Origin: Heteronotia binoei
Lineage: Eukaryota
Assembly: GCF_032191835.1 (NCBI RefSeq)
Contig: NC_083238.1
Location: forward strand, 26,598,001-26,662,000
DNA length: 64,000 bases
Direction: 5' to 3'
A program made the translations under genes and the position numbers. The first letter of the stretch is position 1, and every line of letters starts with the position of its first letter. Below, one piece after another: positions 47,955 through 62,374 of this stretch. The notes beneath the pieces were generated by a model. It was given only the letters and a program-made list of their open reading frames with translations, searched no databases and was not told the origin of the DNA.

Positions 47955-48252
47955 ACTCTTGAGAGTCCCTTGGACAGCAGTCAATCCTAAAGGAAATCAA
48001 TCCTGACTGTTCCCTAGAAGGTCAGATACTGAAGCTGAAGCTCAAATACTCTGGCCACCAAATGAGAAGGGAGCACTCACTGGAGAAGACCTTGATGCTG
48101 GGAAAGATTAAAGGTAAAAGAAGGGAATGGCAAAGGATGAGATGGTTAGACAGTGTAATCAATGCAACAAACATGAATAAGATAGAAGGGTCTGGTGTGA
48201 CGTGGTCCATGGGGTCGCAAAGAGTCAGTCTTGACTGTGCAACTGAACAACA
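47955..48252 (+). mobile_element. RTE-BovB LINE 3' end
   Basis: ctgaagctgaagctcaaatact...ctggagaagaccttgatgctgggaaagatt...gtccatggggtcgcaaagagtc...gcaactgaacaacaa. Confidence 0.9.
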
Positions 48253-48785
48253 AATATTTTGAAAGGGTAAGTTGTCCATACCTATAGATAGAAACTAAAG
48301 TGTAATGGAAAGTATCTACCTCCAGAGAGACATGAAATTAATCTAGCCTCTTCATAAACCTTCCGTTCTAAAATATTTACAAACCAATCATTAATCATAG
48401 CGGTGCTCAATTTTGCCAATTATAGCTACATCCATCAATTTGACCAATTACAGCTAGGTTCAATTTTAACATGCCTAAAGATCTCAGTGCAGTCTATTGC
48501 CAAATTCTTGTATGTACTTACTTGAGAGCAGGTTCCACAAGCAGCTCAATCTTATTTCAATTGTACTCAGAAGTCCTGCTGTCTTTAGTGGGTCAACATG
48601 TTTGGATTACTTAATTATGTAATGTTTACCGCTAAATAAATATATTTAGGATCGTGTTATGGACTCCCCAGTTGTCTTAAATATTTCTTGATACATGTGA
48701 ATATGCATACATAAGGCTGAACATGTATTAGGCTTGCTAGTTTTTAAACACGTAATTAACACAAAATGAGACCAATCACAAACAA

Positions 48786-49063
48786 GAAGAAGAAGATATT
48801 GGATTTATATCCCGCCCTCCACTCCGAAGAGTCTCAGAGCGGCTCACAATCTCCTTTATCTTCCTCCCCCACAACAGACACCCTGTGAGGTGGGTGGGGC
48901 TGGAGAGGGCTCTCACAGCAGCTGCCCTTTCAAGGACAACCTCTGCTAGAGCTATGGCTGACCCAAGGCCATTCCAGCAGGTGCAAGTGGAGGAGTGGGG
49001 AATCAAACCCGGTTCTCCCAGATAAGAGTCCACACGCTTAACCACTACCCCAAACTGGCTCTC
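48786..49063 (-). mobile_element. Young Squam3-like tRNA SINE, full length
   Basis: Near-identical to the copy at 37210 in reverse orientation. Confidence 0.93.
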
Positions 49064-50597
49064 AACAGATCAGCAGCATCATTAAACAAAAAATTAAATC
49101 TAAAGTGAGAAACCATCAATACATTAGGGTGGAGAGAACTATCTTCAGATCATGGCTGTAACCCAACACAATTATGAATCTTTAAATTTCACCTACGAAT
49201 CATGTCTGAGAAGCTCACAATAAACTATAAATATCCCTGGGACCTAAAGAATGGCTACATTTGTATTTTTAGCCGTGCTTCTACCATTACAAAAACAAAA
49301 ATGCCAGAAGGCAGCTTATAGTCTGGATATCCATTTTCTCCTGCCATATAAACAGAAACTTTCCCTGAAGGATGGCTACAAGAGAGCATTTACAGCCGTA
49401 AGGAAGCAAAGACTAAATAAAGATGCAAAATAGCCATTGTTACTGACCAAGTACTACATAATGTCTGGAATACTACCAGACATCTCCTGGGCCACCAGAC
49501 AACACAGAAACACAAATCTACCTTATTACCAAAATGATCAGATGGATCAAACACCACACCACTTGCAAAAGAAAAAGGATGTAAAATTGCTGCAGAGTCT
49601 ACCTTCTGTTGAGGTTTCTGGCCCTGTATCCCATGCCATTTCCATGGAAGGTAGCGTTTCAAGGGTGAGGGAGGCTTCATCAAAATGGTGGAAGCGCCAA
49701 AGACTCATTTTAAAATCTTACTGTTGCAATACAATAATTCTTATTAATGCATCATTTTTCTTAAGCAATGTAATGCATTTATCATGGTGTACTGAAGTGC
49801 TCATCTTACCCAAAGGCTGACACATATTCCTTCTTCAACAAAGGCCCCTATACCATGTGGATCCCTTTTTCCCCAAGAAGAAAACATGTAGTCAGTTTCC
49901 CCAGTTCAGCTCCACTGTATTTTCTTCTAGAGACATCACTAAGCCTTCCTGTTTATAATCTCCCAGTGCCTGACTGACCGAACTAGGGAGCACATTTACA
50001 GATTTACAGCATTAATCCTGACATATCTGTTCCAGCTAATTCAAGAAACTACGTTAAGCAGCTTTGAGATCCTTTGGTAGGCTATTTGGAACACACACAA
50101 AAAAACCCAAAAGACTCTCAAACATTCACATACTCCTTTCATAGGACAGTACTGACCAATTACATTTTGGCAAGTCATTCATTTGGAAATCTAAGCAGGA
50201 GTCCAGTCAAAGAAGATCTGAAAACAGACAGGGAGTTGGCTTGATGGATAGAGTGGGGGACATCGCTCAAAAATCACAGACCAAAATGCTTAAAAACTGG
50301 AGTGGGAGTAGAAGACAAGAAAGACCAAGAACAGATGAGCTTACTCAGACAGCACAAGATAAGGATACTGGAGGGAGGGGTTGTCAAGGACAATGAAGAA
50401 CCTTAAATGATAGTGAGCCTAAAGCTAAAAGCAGCACAGAGCCAAGAAGAATGTTTTAAAGGGAGGAAGATATGAATATAGCGAAAAGAAAAATCACTTT
50501 TGGCAGAAGTGTTTTGAAGAAGGAAGGAAGGCTAACAAGGAGAGGATGGGTGATGCAGTTGTCTACATAGAGTGAGTTTACCAAGACAGGCCATGAA

Positions 50598-50870
50598 ACA
50601 GGTTAAAGCGGATAAATGGAAGTACTTCTTTACCCAAAGGGTGATTAACATGTGGAATCCACTGCCACAGGAGGTGGCGGCGGCCACAAACATAGCCACC
50701 TTCAAGAGGGGTTTAGATAAAAATATGGAGCAGAGGTCCATCAGTGGCTATTAGCCACAGTGTGTGTGTGTGTGTATATATATAATTCTTTTTGCCCACT
50801 GAGTGACACAGAGTGTTGGACTGGATGGGCCATTGGCCTGATCTAACATGGCTTCTCTTATGTTCTTATG
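50598..50870 (+). mobile_element. Young CR1 3' fragment
   Basis: KYFFTQRVINMWNPLPQEV...SISGY stop, (TG)n(TA)n 3' UTR, cttctcttatgttcttatg tail; same family as the copy at 18053. Confidence 0.92.
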
Positions 50871-52990
50871 ATATGTTCTTAAACCACCCTCAACAGACAG
50901 CATAAAGGCTCAAAAAGGGGATGTGACAGTACTGTGACTCAACGGAACTTATAGCTTCAGAAAGGTTTTAGTGCTATTAAGCAACTACAAATACTACCAA
51001 GGACCATCAAGAAGTGACTCTGACAGATCCCATTTCATTCCTAATAGTGGTCCCAGAAATCATAATATGTAGAATGAAAAACTATAAAAGGAACTTCTAA
51101 TCAATTATAACGCGCTGGATAGGAGTCAACTCATTGCATGAGGAAAAAATATTTACTGTATATTTATTGATAATATTTTTATTTCGCGCTCTTCCTCCAA
51201 AGAGTTTAGTGTGATACATATGGTTCTGTCTTCTTGCCGGGGGTTGGTGAGACTGGGGTACTAATTTCAAAGCCTTTTATTTTACTGCAAAACTCAGGAA
51301 CCCCTTTTATTGACAAGGACACACTCTGAACCTCCTCTTGAGTTCATTTTGATAACTAGCTTACTAATGGGACAGTGATATGGGATTTTGTAATTGCATA
51401 GTTAAGAGAAAGAGTAAGGAAAAATTCTAGTTCAAGATTTCCTGTTAGCTAGATTAAGAGTTTAAGAAAATGACCCATACAACATTCCCTTATTGCTTAA
51501 TTACACGATTAGTCCATATACTTTTTTTTTCTGATAATACTCTGGGAATGCTTTATGTAACAGTAAATCTGTATTAGAGCCAATGAATTCCTCACTCCTT
51601 GTATCCTCAAATTATTTGTGCAATCTGATGGAGGTATAGAGACAGAAAAACAAAGCCACAAACCTTGGTGGAATATAGAAATATAGCCAGATCTCAAAGC
51701 ATCCTTAATGATACCCACTTATATAAATTAAAATTAGCTCTGAATTGCTATTTCCACTAAGGGCTAAGGCAACATTAAATTACTATCCAAGCATTTTCAG
51801 ATAACGTCATCTTTGGTGGATATCAAGCAACAAAACTACTTCATTTTCAAATCACCTGGGGCAATTTTTTTGATTTGTTAAACTAGACATCTCTTCAATA
51901 CAGAGAATCTGCATGGCATTGCAAAAATAATAAATATATTATTTTGTTTACAATTAGGATTGCCAGCAGTGCAAATGCCAGAATTTTTTGAGGGTGGTGC
52001 CCAGGGAGGATGTGGTGTTTCTGCTGGTGACCCTCTAGGAATTTCAGCTAATCTATATGGTGAAGACCATAGAGACATGGGAAAATCTCTTGAGCGACTA
52101 GGGTGGCCATTTCCAGTCCTTTTTTCTCCCATTCCTCGATTTCTCAAGAGCAAGGGACTGGGGTGCAGGGCAGGGGTTTGCCCACCACAGCTGGGAAAAT
52201 GGCAAGCCTATTCACAACTCCACTTATTTAAAACTGGAGATGCCCTTGCAAGTGAGGAACTTCATGAACACAGAAGATCCCTCAACTGGATCCTGTGATC
52301 CATGAGTTCAAGTAGCATAGATTTTTCTCACATTCCCCCTCTATCCAGCAGTCTCTTTTTGACCCTAGCAAAGGTGATTCCTGTGTGCAAAGAACCTGTT
52401 TGGTGGACCTGTAACAGCCATAAGTGTTGGTGGACAGGGAACAAGGAGGCAAGAGCAAAATGTCAATTCCACTGACAGAAAAGGTCAACTTTGTCTCCTT
52501 CCTCCTCCACACTGCAGTCTCCCAGACTCCTTGTCCATGAAGGTCCCATGACCTGGGAAACAACTTTCCCACATTCCTCTTCCTCCAGCAGTCCTCCTCA
52601 ACCTGAGGGAAGATCCATAACCATGAGTATCTTCTGCAGATGGATAATCGCATCCAGCCCCCTGCTAATATCAAAGCAAATACAATCTTATATTCTACCA
52701 TGGACCAGTCACCAGCATTCAGCCTACCCTATTTCACAAAGCTGTCACAAAAAATGAAACCATATATCCCACCCTAAGGGTGGAATTAAAATTGAATGAA
52801 TAAATAGACAAGAAGAGTCTACCTGTCACTGTTCCACTGAACTAACTCAATATCTCTGAAACTGAGTGAATTTTAATGAATAGAATCTGGTGTAGAAATG
52901 TGAATAAAGTTCAGTGAAAGACCTGCCTAGGATGAGAAGAGGTAAAATCCTCAACCTGATAACCCTAACATGTTTATCATAGAACAATTA

Positions 52991-53498
52991 CCCGTATTTT
53001 TCGCACCATAAGGTGCTCCGGACCATAGGACGCACCTTCCTCCTGGGGGGTGATCCGCTGCCCTCTCCACAGCCGGTGCTCGCAAAGCGCTGGGTTTGCA
53101 GAGGGGGCGGGTGCTTCCTCCGTGCCTGTCTGCCTGGCTCCAGCTCTGATGCTTACAGCAAACACCGGGATCAGAGGGCAGAGGGAGCGATCCTGGCGCT
53201 TGCTGTAAGCGTCAGAGCTGGAGCCAGGCAGACAGGCACAGAGGAAGCACGCTGCCCCCTCTGCAGCCGGCGCTCACAAAGCGCTGGGTTTGCGGTGGGG
53301 GGCAGCGTGGAGCGATCCCAGCGCTTGCTGGAAGAAGCTGGAGCCAGGCAGGCAGGTGCGGGGGAAGCGCCGGGATCGAAGGCGGAGGCAGCGGATCACC
53401 CCCCCCCCCAGGAAGGTACCTTCGCTCCATAAGACGCACACACTTCCCCCCCACTTTTTTTGTAGGAAAAAGTGCGTCTTATGGTGCGAAAAATACGG
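52991..53498. mobile_element. Tc1/mariner (Tc2/pogo-type) MITE with GC-rich palindromic interior
   Basis: TIRs ccgtatttttcgcaccataag / cttatggtgcgaaaaatacgg, flanked by TA. Confidence 0.92.
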
Positions 53499-56400
53499 TA
53501 ACTTAACTGAAAATAAAACTTTATGCAGGACCACAGAATAGACCCTTCTTCATGCAACATTTATAAAATCCTACAGTGCAGCATACTGCACAAGACAAAT
53601 CCGCTGATGGTCTCTCAGACTGCAAATGTAAACTGGAGATCAAAGTCCTATTCAGACCACAGCAGGATAGAGCCTTAAATGAATAACATTCCGTGTAAGT
53701 GATTAACAAAACAAGCAACACCACCTGGGTCATTTAAGGGTGGGTCCTTAATACCCAGGTTGTTAAGAATGTTTTGCAGTTTGTCCAAAATCCGTAGCTT
53801 CGACTCAGCTGGGAACCTTCACCCCCATCATGTACAACCATACCACTCCCATGTCACGAACACATTCTTAAGATACCAGAAGAAACTGCCACAGAACTGG
53901 AAAAAATGATGCATGCATGAATACTCCTTGATGATTTTGCAGAGTAAAAACAAGATAAGTAAGGGAGGGGGGGAGTTTATGCATTTACCTGACATTGATG
54001 AAACGGAAGCTTTTATTCCCCACTGTGGTTCAGAGTTGATAATCCGGAAGAAAGGCTAGAAGCAGGCAGGTATGAGAGATAACAACCAATTCTCAATCTA
54101 ACCGGATTGTACAGAATTCTTACCCAGCACCATCCAACCAATTACAGAAACGTCACAAAATTACGACTTTCACAAAGTTGGCACTGCTCTGTGATGAAAT
54201 GATTTGTTTCATTTACCCTTCACTTGGTGTTGAAAAGGAGTGAAAAAAAGACCAGCAAAGGGCCAATGGCTGTCACCCCTCAATATGGTGGAAGAAGAGG
54301 GAGACAGGGTAGGTAGGCACTGATTGCTTGCATCACAGCAAATGTTGTTTTCACCAGCCCAATGGCTGCACTTGTCATAAGGCGACACTTCCCCGACCAC
54401 AGGCTTTCAGAGACTAGCGACTTTAACTGATACCATGATAGCCCCATGGTTCAAGCACCATCTGCCACCAATTCTTCCTCTCCAAACACACACTGCAATT
54501 TCTTACAACGTCTGACTTTACTGCACGGTATTTTTTGCCACTGATACATAGCTTACCACTGGGACATGCACCCTGATAGTTCTTCCTGTAGTACAAATTA
54601 TCATCTGCTATTTCTTTGATGTCAGTCTTCTTATTTCACATCAGACCACTTCAGGCTCCCACATCATCTTGACTGGGAAATTCACCTGCCTCACTCCTGA
54701 TGTTCCCTCCTCTGCATCTTTCTGGGAAAGACACTGTCCTTCAGTTGAGTTCTGGGATTGAAGAGGCCCAACCTTCTCCTGTCTCTAGCACTCAGCTACA
54801 AGGTGCTTTGTTCCCCAGCAGGAGGAGGAAACCTCTGGGGCAATAGCAACCAGCAGGTAAGCAAGTGACAGGGAGGAAAGGGGTATGTTTACAGTCAGTT
54901 ATGTTAGAAAGGAGGCACCAAAGAAGTGCTGTCAGGACATCCACAGTGCTTAAGGGATCCTTTTTGATAGCGTGTCTGACAGCCTGAGTCAATGCTCTGC
55001 TCACACAATGTTTTCAAGATGCTAACATTCACACTCGAGTGACACAAACTTAAGACCTCAGCTGTTCCAGAAATCTTGGAGAGGGCTATTTTTTAAAACA
55101 GCTATGGCATAGAAGTGTTAAAAATGGTCAAATGGTTATAATCACAGATATTATTCAAGGTTTTCATTACACAGACTCTTACGGGGGGGGGGGGGTGGGC
55201 TTGTGTGTTTTGGAAGCTCATAGTCAACCACTGTTTGGTGGTGACATTTTACAGCAAGAGAGAACTTCCAAACCAGACAAACACCTTTTCTGTGCTCCAT
55301 TAAATTACCTGAGGTATGGGTAAGAGACAGTCTGTTCCTTTAATCTAGTTTCCTCTGGTGACATTGGGGGGGGGGGGGGAGCCAAACACAAACATTAAAA
55401 GGCAAGCCCTATTAAATACTTATTCCATCCCTTATGACCAATATTTCTGTTACTCATAGTTAGGGAGAATTCTTCACTTTCACGCACTTAAACAATGTTT
55501 CCCACAAACCCGAGAAACCATAATAACTGTGGACTGTTTATTCTTCAAATCTTTCTTCAGCTAAAAGCATATTCAGGCACAGTGGATGCTGTAGACTATG
55601 AACAAGAGGTATTTTTTTCCAGAGGTTGTGTCCTAAACATTCCTTATCATTCTGCCTCAGCTAATCCAGTTAGGCCTAATTCCACCCAGGAGACTCCAGT
55701 ACATGAAGATCACAAATTTAAAGTCTGATTCTGTCCAGATATATGTACACTCTAAAACAGCTACTTTTTGTCCTATTAGTTACACAACCACACTGAGCCT
55801 GCTTGCAGGAGAGGACAGGTTATAGATATAATAAATAAACAAACTACTTAGTTAGTGAAATACTAAATTAGCATTTTTGATAAAAGACGCAAGAGTGGCT
55901 TTCTGGAACCCAGAGTACCAGAAAAATCAACACTGAATACAAAACTGCCCGTTTCAAAAACTTATCGTCTGTAAGATTCTGGATACCTATTATTCAGTGG
56001 GGCCACTTGAACTTCTTCGTTGTTAATGGCAGTACACTGTGCCATCTTCCAAATTATTATGTGAGGATGAATTACATCTCAGTGACCAACCCACCATTTC
56101 TTAATCACAAAACTTTCTGCTCCACCACACTTGGAGGGGGGTGGGGGAAAGGGACTGTTGAGCACTCCACTCCTCCTGCTTGGCTGTCTCTCTCAAGCCA
56201 AGAGATGGTGAAAGAAGCTAGGACAGGCAACTGCCATAAGCATTGCTCTTGTGCAGCACTGTACCAATATGTCTGCTCTTATGACTGGATCTCCACTGCC
56301 TCCCATGAATGAGAGGCGATTTTCCTCTTTTTTTGCTTATTTCAGAGGGAAGAGCAGCAGCAGTCATACCATTGCTTCCGTATCAGAACCCTCACAGCTC

Positions 56401-58803
56401 CTTCTGCCTTTAATAGCTACTGATCCTTTAAGGCAGAAAGAAATAAGGTAGGAACCTAACTTGAAATGACAACAGCCAGTCTTAGTACTGTCTCTCATGT
56501 CCACAGGTAGCCAATGCCTGCAGCAGATGCTTACCCAGCTACAGACACATCAGTTTACCCAAAGCAAGTTCACGTGCAAGTTCTAAATCTGTAATTGGCA
56601 ACTCCAGTATTGTTCTTCTGTGTACACCTAGAATTGCACAAACACTACCTTAAATCAAGGATTAACACTCTCCTATCCATCACCTTCCCCACTGCCAAGT
56701 GCCTCCCTGAATTTCAGTCAAGGTTCCCATTCTTTTTGGAGCCACAGAGTACAGGTTTATTCCCAGGTTCATATCCTCAGGGCAGTGCTGGTGACAGGCA
56801 AGAGGTTTTGGATCAAAAGTTGTCTGCCAGGATCCTAAATTGGAAAACTGGCTCTGGTGCCATGATATATGCCACCTTAGCAACCACTGCAAGAACAGAT
56901 ACAGAGTTTCCTAGGCAACTCATTTCAAGGGATGACGACAGCTGCTGAGATAACCTCCAAGCCAAAAAGAATATTTGGTCACACCATCCCATTAACAAAC
57001 TCAAGGCATTTCACAAAGTTATAACACTCTCTAAAGGGTCACAGAAATGCTCATGGAATAAAGCCACAGCCAATATACGGTATATAAAAGAAAAGGTGAA
57101 AACTTTTAAAAATTAATCAGTAACTATATATAAATAGAACTTCATAAATTTGGGGGAAAGGCTTACATTTAATATAGTTTTTTTTTCCCTTGAGGAGTTT
57201 CATGAGTGACAAATGTATCAACTTTAAAACATGTGCTACAACACTTATAAAAGATACCAATTAAAAATTGTGAGTCTTCAGGTTAGTTCTCCCTTGAAAA
57301 ACAAATATATATGTAAACTAAATCCACTAGGTGGCAGTATAGTTAAGTCACTTGTTTCTGTACGTGTAAATCAGGGCTTTCCCATTCAAGCCGATCTGCA
57401 ACATTCATCAATATTTCAGAGAACTATAAGTACCAAAAATCAGCACAAATTTTCACATTATATGATCACCGGAGGGTGGGGGAAAGGGAGAGAACACAAT
57501 ACTGTTCCGCCCAGATACATAAAGAGTTAATATATAATGATGGCAGCAAAGAGCGTTCTTTCAGAACTGACAAATTGGGTGTGTTTTATGATAACTGGGG
57601 GGGGGGCTGCTCCTCACCATCTCTACTGCCAGGCCCAGCGTGGCTCCCGAACTCCGCCACTGCAGAGCAGAAGGTAAATGTGCTGCCTGCACACATGGAG
57701 ACAACATTTTTGTTTTAGTGGGGTTTAACCCTGATGAACTTTTCTGCAAACCTGGGATGTTCCTCAAGTTTGCCAAACTGTCCGTTTTATGTCAGCGTGG
57801 CTCTGATCTTCAAGATTTAACTATTTGTAGATGAAGCCACACTTGACTATTAGAATATATAACTGCTCCTGTTGGCAGCAGCTCAATATTTAATGGCTTG
57901 GGCCCTTCTGACACTCTCTACTATGGGCAGTTGTCACTACAAGCCATCTTTAGCATCTTCGTTGCCTGCCAGCTCCTGGTCCTTGTAGTCAGAGGTGCTG
58001 GGTGGGGCCTCACCCTGGCTCCCAACTTAGCAGGTCTGGCTACTGCCCTCATTATGGGCACTCCTTCACCATCCTGTTGGTGCTCAGCAAGCATCACACA
58101 GTTTCCAGACAGCAGCAACAGGCCTGTGCCAGACTCCATGCAAGATGGAGATAGTCAGCACTAGCCACTGCTGTTCCATCCCACCGACTGCCACAAGGAT
58201 CCCATGCTGCTGCACTGCCCCTTCCCCAGGTCTGAGGAGAGTGCCTATGATCCTGTTTGCCTTGTCACTGCCACCAAGAAGATGCTGAATGCCTGCCATG
58301 GGTCAGACCCCCATCTGAAGAAGAAGTTACTTTCAGGAGTCCCCACAGCATGCAAGGTGAAGAAGCAGATGTAGTGGACCGTCACAGCAGTGGTTGTACT
58401 GGTTGATAGAAGTGGGCGTGACCAAGAATAGTTTGGGCTGTGAATTGTGTGAGAGGCATTATACCTGGCCCCATGCTTCAGAGCAACTTTCCATAATGTT
58501 CCCAACCAGTAAGCACTGCTTCAGTCACACTGGATTTATCTGTGGAGGCATAAACGGAGTTCTATCCTTGGCCTTTAGATATGTCAGGAACCTGAGTGAC
58601 TCCCAGGCTCTCCAATTCTGAGGGAAGTCAGGGATGTGGCCTCAGTGACCAAGTGCCAAAGCAACAACACATGCAGTGCCTTTGAGGCAAAGCCTGTTGC
58701 TCACTTGCTTGACAGGGATTGGCTTTTTAACAACCCACTGTCAGATGAGCAGCTGGGATGCAGCCTTGAGCAAGGGTAGGGAAACAAGGAGATAAGTCCC
58801 AAC

Positions 58804-58994
58804 CAATGTTCCCTCTAAGCTGCAGAGTCTTGTGAGCAAAAATTCTACTTTGCGAGTTACTGGCATTAAAGTGGTGAGCTACTGCATAAATTAGTGTGCT
58901 CTGGGGTCATCCTTCCTGAGCTAAGAACAAAAATGTGTGAGCTGGAAGCTAAAAATCTGTGAGCTAGCACACACTCAGCTTAGAGGGAACACTG
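58804..58994. mobile_element. hAT MITE (CAATGTTCCCTCTAAGCT family)
   Basis: TIRs caatgttccctctaagct / agcttagagggaacactg; perfect 8-bp TSD GTCCCAAC. Confidence 0.93.
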
Positions 58995-59065
58995 GTCCCA
59001 ACTGGGGTCAACAAAATCTTCCCACAGGAACTCCTCAAATCCCATAGGAGCTCCAGAGGCATAGG

Positions 59066-59283
59066 TAGGGTTGTCAGGTTTGTGTTGGAAAATACCTGGA
59101 GATTTAGGGGTGGAGCCGGGAGACGGCCAAATTTGGGGAGGGGAGAGGTCTCAGCATGGTACAGTGCCATAGAATCCGCCCTTCAAAGCAGCCATTTTCT
59201 CCAGGGGAGCTGATCTCTGCCAGCTGGGGATCAGCTGTAAAAGCATGAGATCTCCAGGCCCCACCTGGAGGCTGCCAACCCTA
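59066..59283. mobile_element. hAT (TAGGGTTGCCA-terminated) MITE
   Basis: Ends tagggttgtca / gccaacccta; homologous to the copy at 27118 in reverse. Confidence 0.75.
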
Positions 59284-59582
59284 CTAGCCTCCAAAGGGGC
59301 TGGCACCAGGATGAGCCAGGCTGTTCACAAAACAAAGGGAATAGGTCAGGGAGGACACATTGACTCTTTGCTCCTAAGATTGAGCAGGGTCAGTAGAGAA
59401 GTGAAGAACCAAATTGATAAAAACCTCCTTCCTTCACAGTCTGAAGCCTGTGGGAGGGTACTCCAGTGCCTCTTGATGCCAAATATCTGCCAAACCTAAG
59501 CAGGTCTTCTACAAGCTAGTAAAACCACCCTAAATTGGTGAGTGACAGGCACTTGATGCCACTGATATCAAGAACTGGTTTA

Positions 59583-59990
59583 AGAACATAAGAGAAGCCA
59601 TGTTGGGTCAGGCCAATGGCCTACTCAGTCCAACACTCTGTTACACAGTGGCCAAAGAAACCAGGTGCCATCAGAAGATCCACCAGTGGGGCCAGGACAC
59701 TAGAAGCCCTCCCACTGCCCCCCCCCCCCAAGCACAAAGAATACAGAGCATCACTTGGTTCCATCTATACCCGGTGGCTCCCGGTGGACGGAGGGTTCCA
59801 TCTATACTCGGTGGCTAATAGCCACTGATGGACCTCTGCTCCATATGTTTATCCAATCCCCTCTTGAAGCCATCTATGCACATAGCTGCCCACCACCTCC
59901 TGTGGCAGTGAATTCCATGTGTTAATCACCCTTTGGGTGAAGAAGTACTTCCTTTTATCCATTCTAACCCAACTGCTCAGCAATTTCATT
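59583..59990 (-). mobile_element. CR1 3' fragment with long 3' UTR
   Basis: Same coding end and terminus as the copy at 18053, with ~150 extra nt in the UTR. Confidence 0.88.
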
Positions 59991-62374
59991 CATTTCATGG
60001 TTTAGCATAATGGAGACTGGTTTAACAACTGAAATCAACTAGTACAGTCTAACCATGTGGGAGGAGGTTCCCAGTTTGAATCTCATCTCTGCCACAAACT
60101 CATTAGGTGATCTAAGGCAAGCCAGAAATTTCAAACACCTCTTCACCCTCTGCAATATGAAAGTAACAATTGTCAGCCTATCTTACAAAGCTGCTGTAAA
60201 GATAGAATGTGCAAAACACTTTAAATGCTGAAAGTACAACATAAATCCTAAAAATAAAACCAATGCAATTAGCTCTCTGAGTAATACTAATGAGAGCTTT
60301 CACTTCTTCACTCTCTTTGTGACACTTGGAGAAGAGCCACATCGGTCAACACAGCCAAACTGTGCAGCTTTGACATTCATGAGCCCTCACTCAGGGAAAT
60401 CTTAAAAGTGGTGAGGGCCAAGAGACTCTAAGGAGGCAAAATGAGTACCACAGAATGGTTTGTCTAACTCTACAAACTCATTACATGGTTCAAGCATTGA
60501 GGCAGGCCAGAACATGATCATTCCAAGTGGGGTTCTCCAATTGTGAGAACACATTGGAATATTAGATTGCATCAGAATACATTCTTACCTCCCCTAAATT
60601 TCTGGCAGTGACAACTGTGTTCTCTGAGGGAGGCTGGTAATCGGAACAGGAAGAATCTTCTACCCAATTCAGTTCTCATTCCACCTTCCTTTTTTTCTTT
60701 CTGACTACTAACCACACAGGTTGGCCACAAGCCACAAATAGTGCAATTGTCAACAAAATGACACCCTTCTAGACCCAACTGGCTCAGAGGCATGTACCTC
60801 TGTTTTGGGTTTGCATTGCGATAGTGTACCAGTGCAATTCAATACTTTCACACAGACTCTGAAGGAAGATATGCTGGCAAAAATGTTCAAATGCTATGCT
60901 AATTGGTTCCTAATTGATTAAATTAGGGTTTTCTAATTAAAGTAGAAAAAATATTTTTTTTGGTAAAAAAATTAAAATAAAATTATACCCAAAAAAACAA
61001 CACAACTACAATTCTATAACTTTTTAAAGGTGTTGCCTGATACAATTCCTTCAACTTTAGGTTAGATATTTTTTACTGCTACTCTATTTTTTCTTGCCAA
61101 AAGTAACCCGAGGACTTCCAAAGAAAGAAAAGAAGAAAAAGCTCAAGAATAACACAGAATGCTTAACACGTGACTGTGTATTACTTAAACTGTAAAAGCT
61201 TTATCAAATGAGGTAATTGAGCTAAAATGTATCAGCATCAACTAAGCTACAAAGTATTTCAAGTTTTTCCTACCCCAGGGGGCAGGCATTCTGAGAAGGA
61301 GAATCTATTCTGTCAAACAAAAAAAATTCCAAAGCTCAGTGTTAGCTATGCTGGCTGCCAACACAAAACTATAGTGTCTCAAATAAAAGTTCCTTCTTTT
61401 TTAATGACTGTAACAGGCAGAAACTCTTGTCAGATAACTTTGAGACTAGATTGCTAATTAATTTTTTTAATTATGGAGGTAATAATCAACTAATACATTA
61501 ATATCAATTAATCAACTAATACATTAATATCAATATCAATACATTAATATCAATTACTTTGCGTCTAAATGAGAAAGGCAGATCATAAATAATGTAAATT
61601 TTAAAAAACGTATTTCTGATCATTGATATCAGTGTTTTAAAGGCCTGATTCAGCCCTAAGTTACTCCAAGAGGAAAACTTATGAACTTCAGTGTTTCTTT
61701 ATCAGATCCAATTTCATCTCCATACAAATGAAAGATCTTAAACCTTCAGGGGGGAACACCCCATAACTTACGGAAAGGAGCTGGAGGATGCCCTGAAAAA
61801 ATGTGTCCATGTTGTACACATAGGAATGTTTAAAAATAGTCTTTAAAAGGACGGATTCTAGGAATAACATAGCTGAAAAACGAAACAGTTGCAGAAATCG
61901 GGGCTGCAAAATGGCCTGTTTCTTCCCTTTAAGCTGCCTGCAAATTCCCCCAACCAACCACAATGGATTTTGCCTTGTGTATGAAATGTATATGGAAATG
62001 CTCCTAATCACACTATGAGACTTTTTCAGGGTTCTCACACTGTGACTTTAGAGCGCCCAGCTGCACATGGATAGAAGAGGTAGAAAGGAATTCTCTAATG
62101 ACAGGTAAGAGTTTATTAAGCACCTAAACGGCAAATAATTTTACAACTGTTATTAGTGCAAGACTCGCAAGCCCTCCCTGTTCTTTCAAATTGGTCCACG
62201 AGAGGTCAGAAGAACCTACAGGTATCCCAAGTCTCTGCTCAGCCCTTTCTCCCTCAATCCCTAGGAGTGCCCTAAACAACCTATATTAACAACTGCTGGC
62301 ACCAGCGAATCTGAAAGGATCCTTTGCTATGCAGAGTCACATATCTAGCATTGGGAGCATTTATCACAGTTTGG

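Noticed and set aside
57870-58500. GC-richer block with several overlapping short ORFs (also 52280-52760 and 54200-54900)
   Set aside because: No domain recognised; most likely highly decayed LINE ORF1 or LTR remnants, which need a repeat search to assign.
61483-61556. AT-rich ~26-bp tandem repeat
   Set aside because: An ordinary slippage-type minisatellite of 2-3 units.
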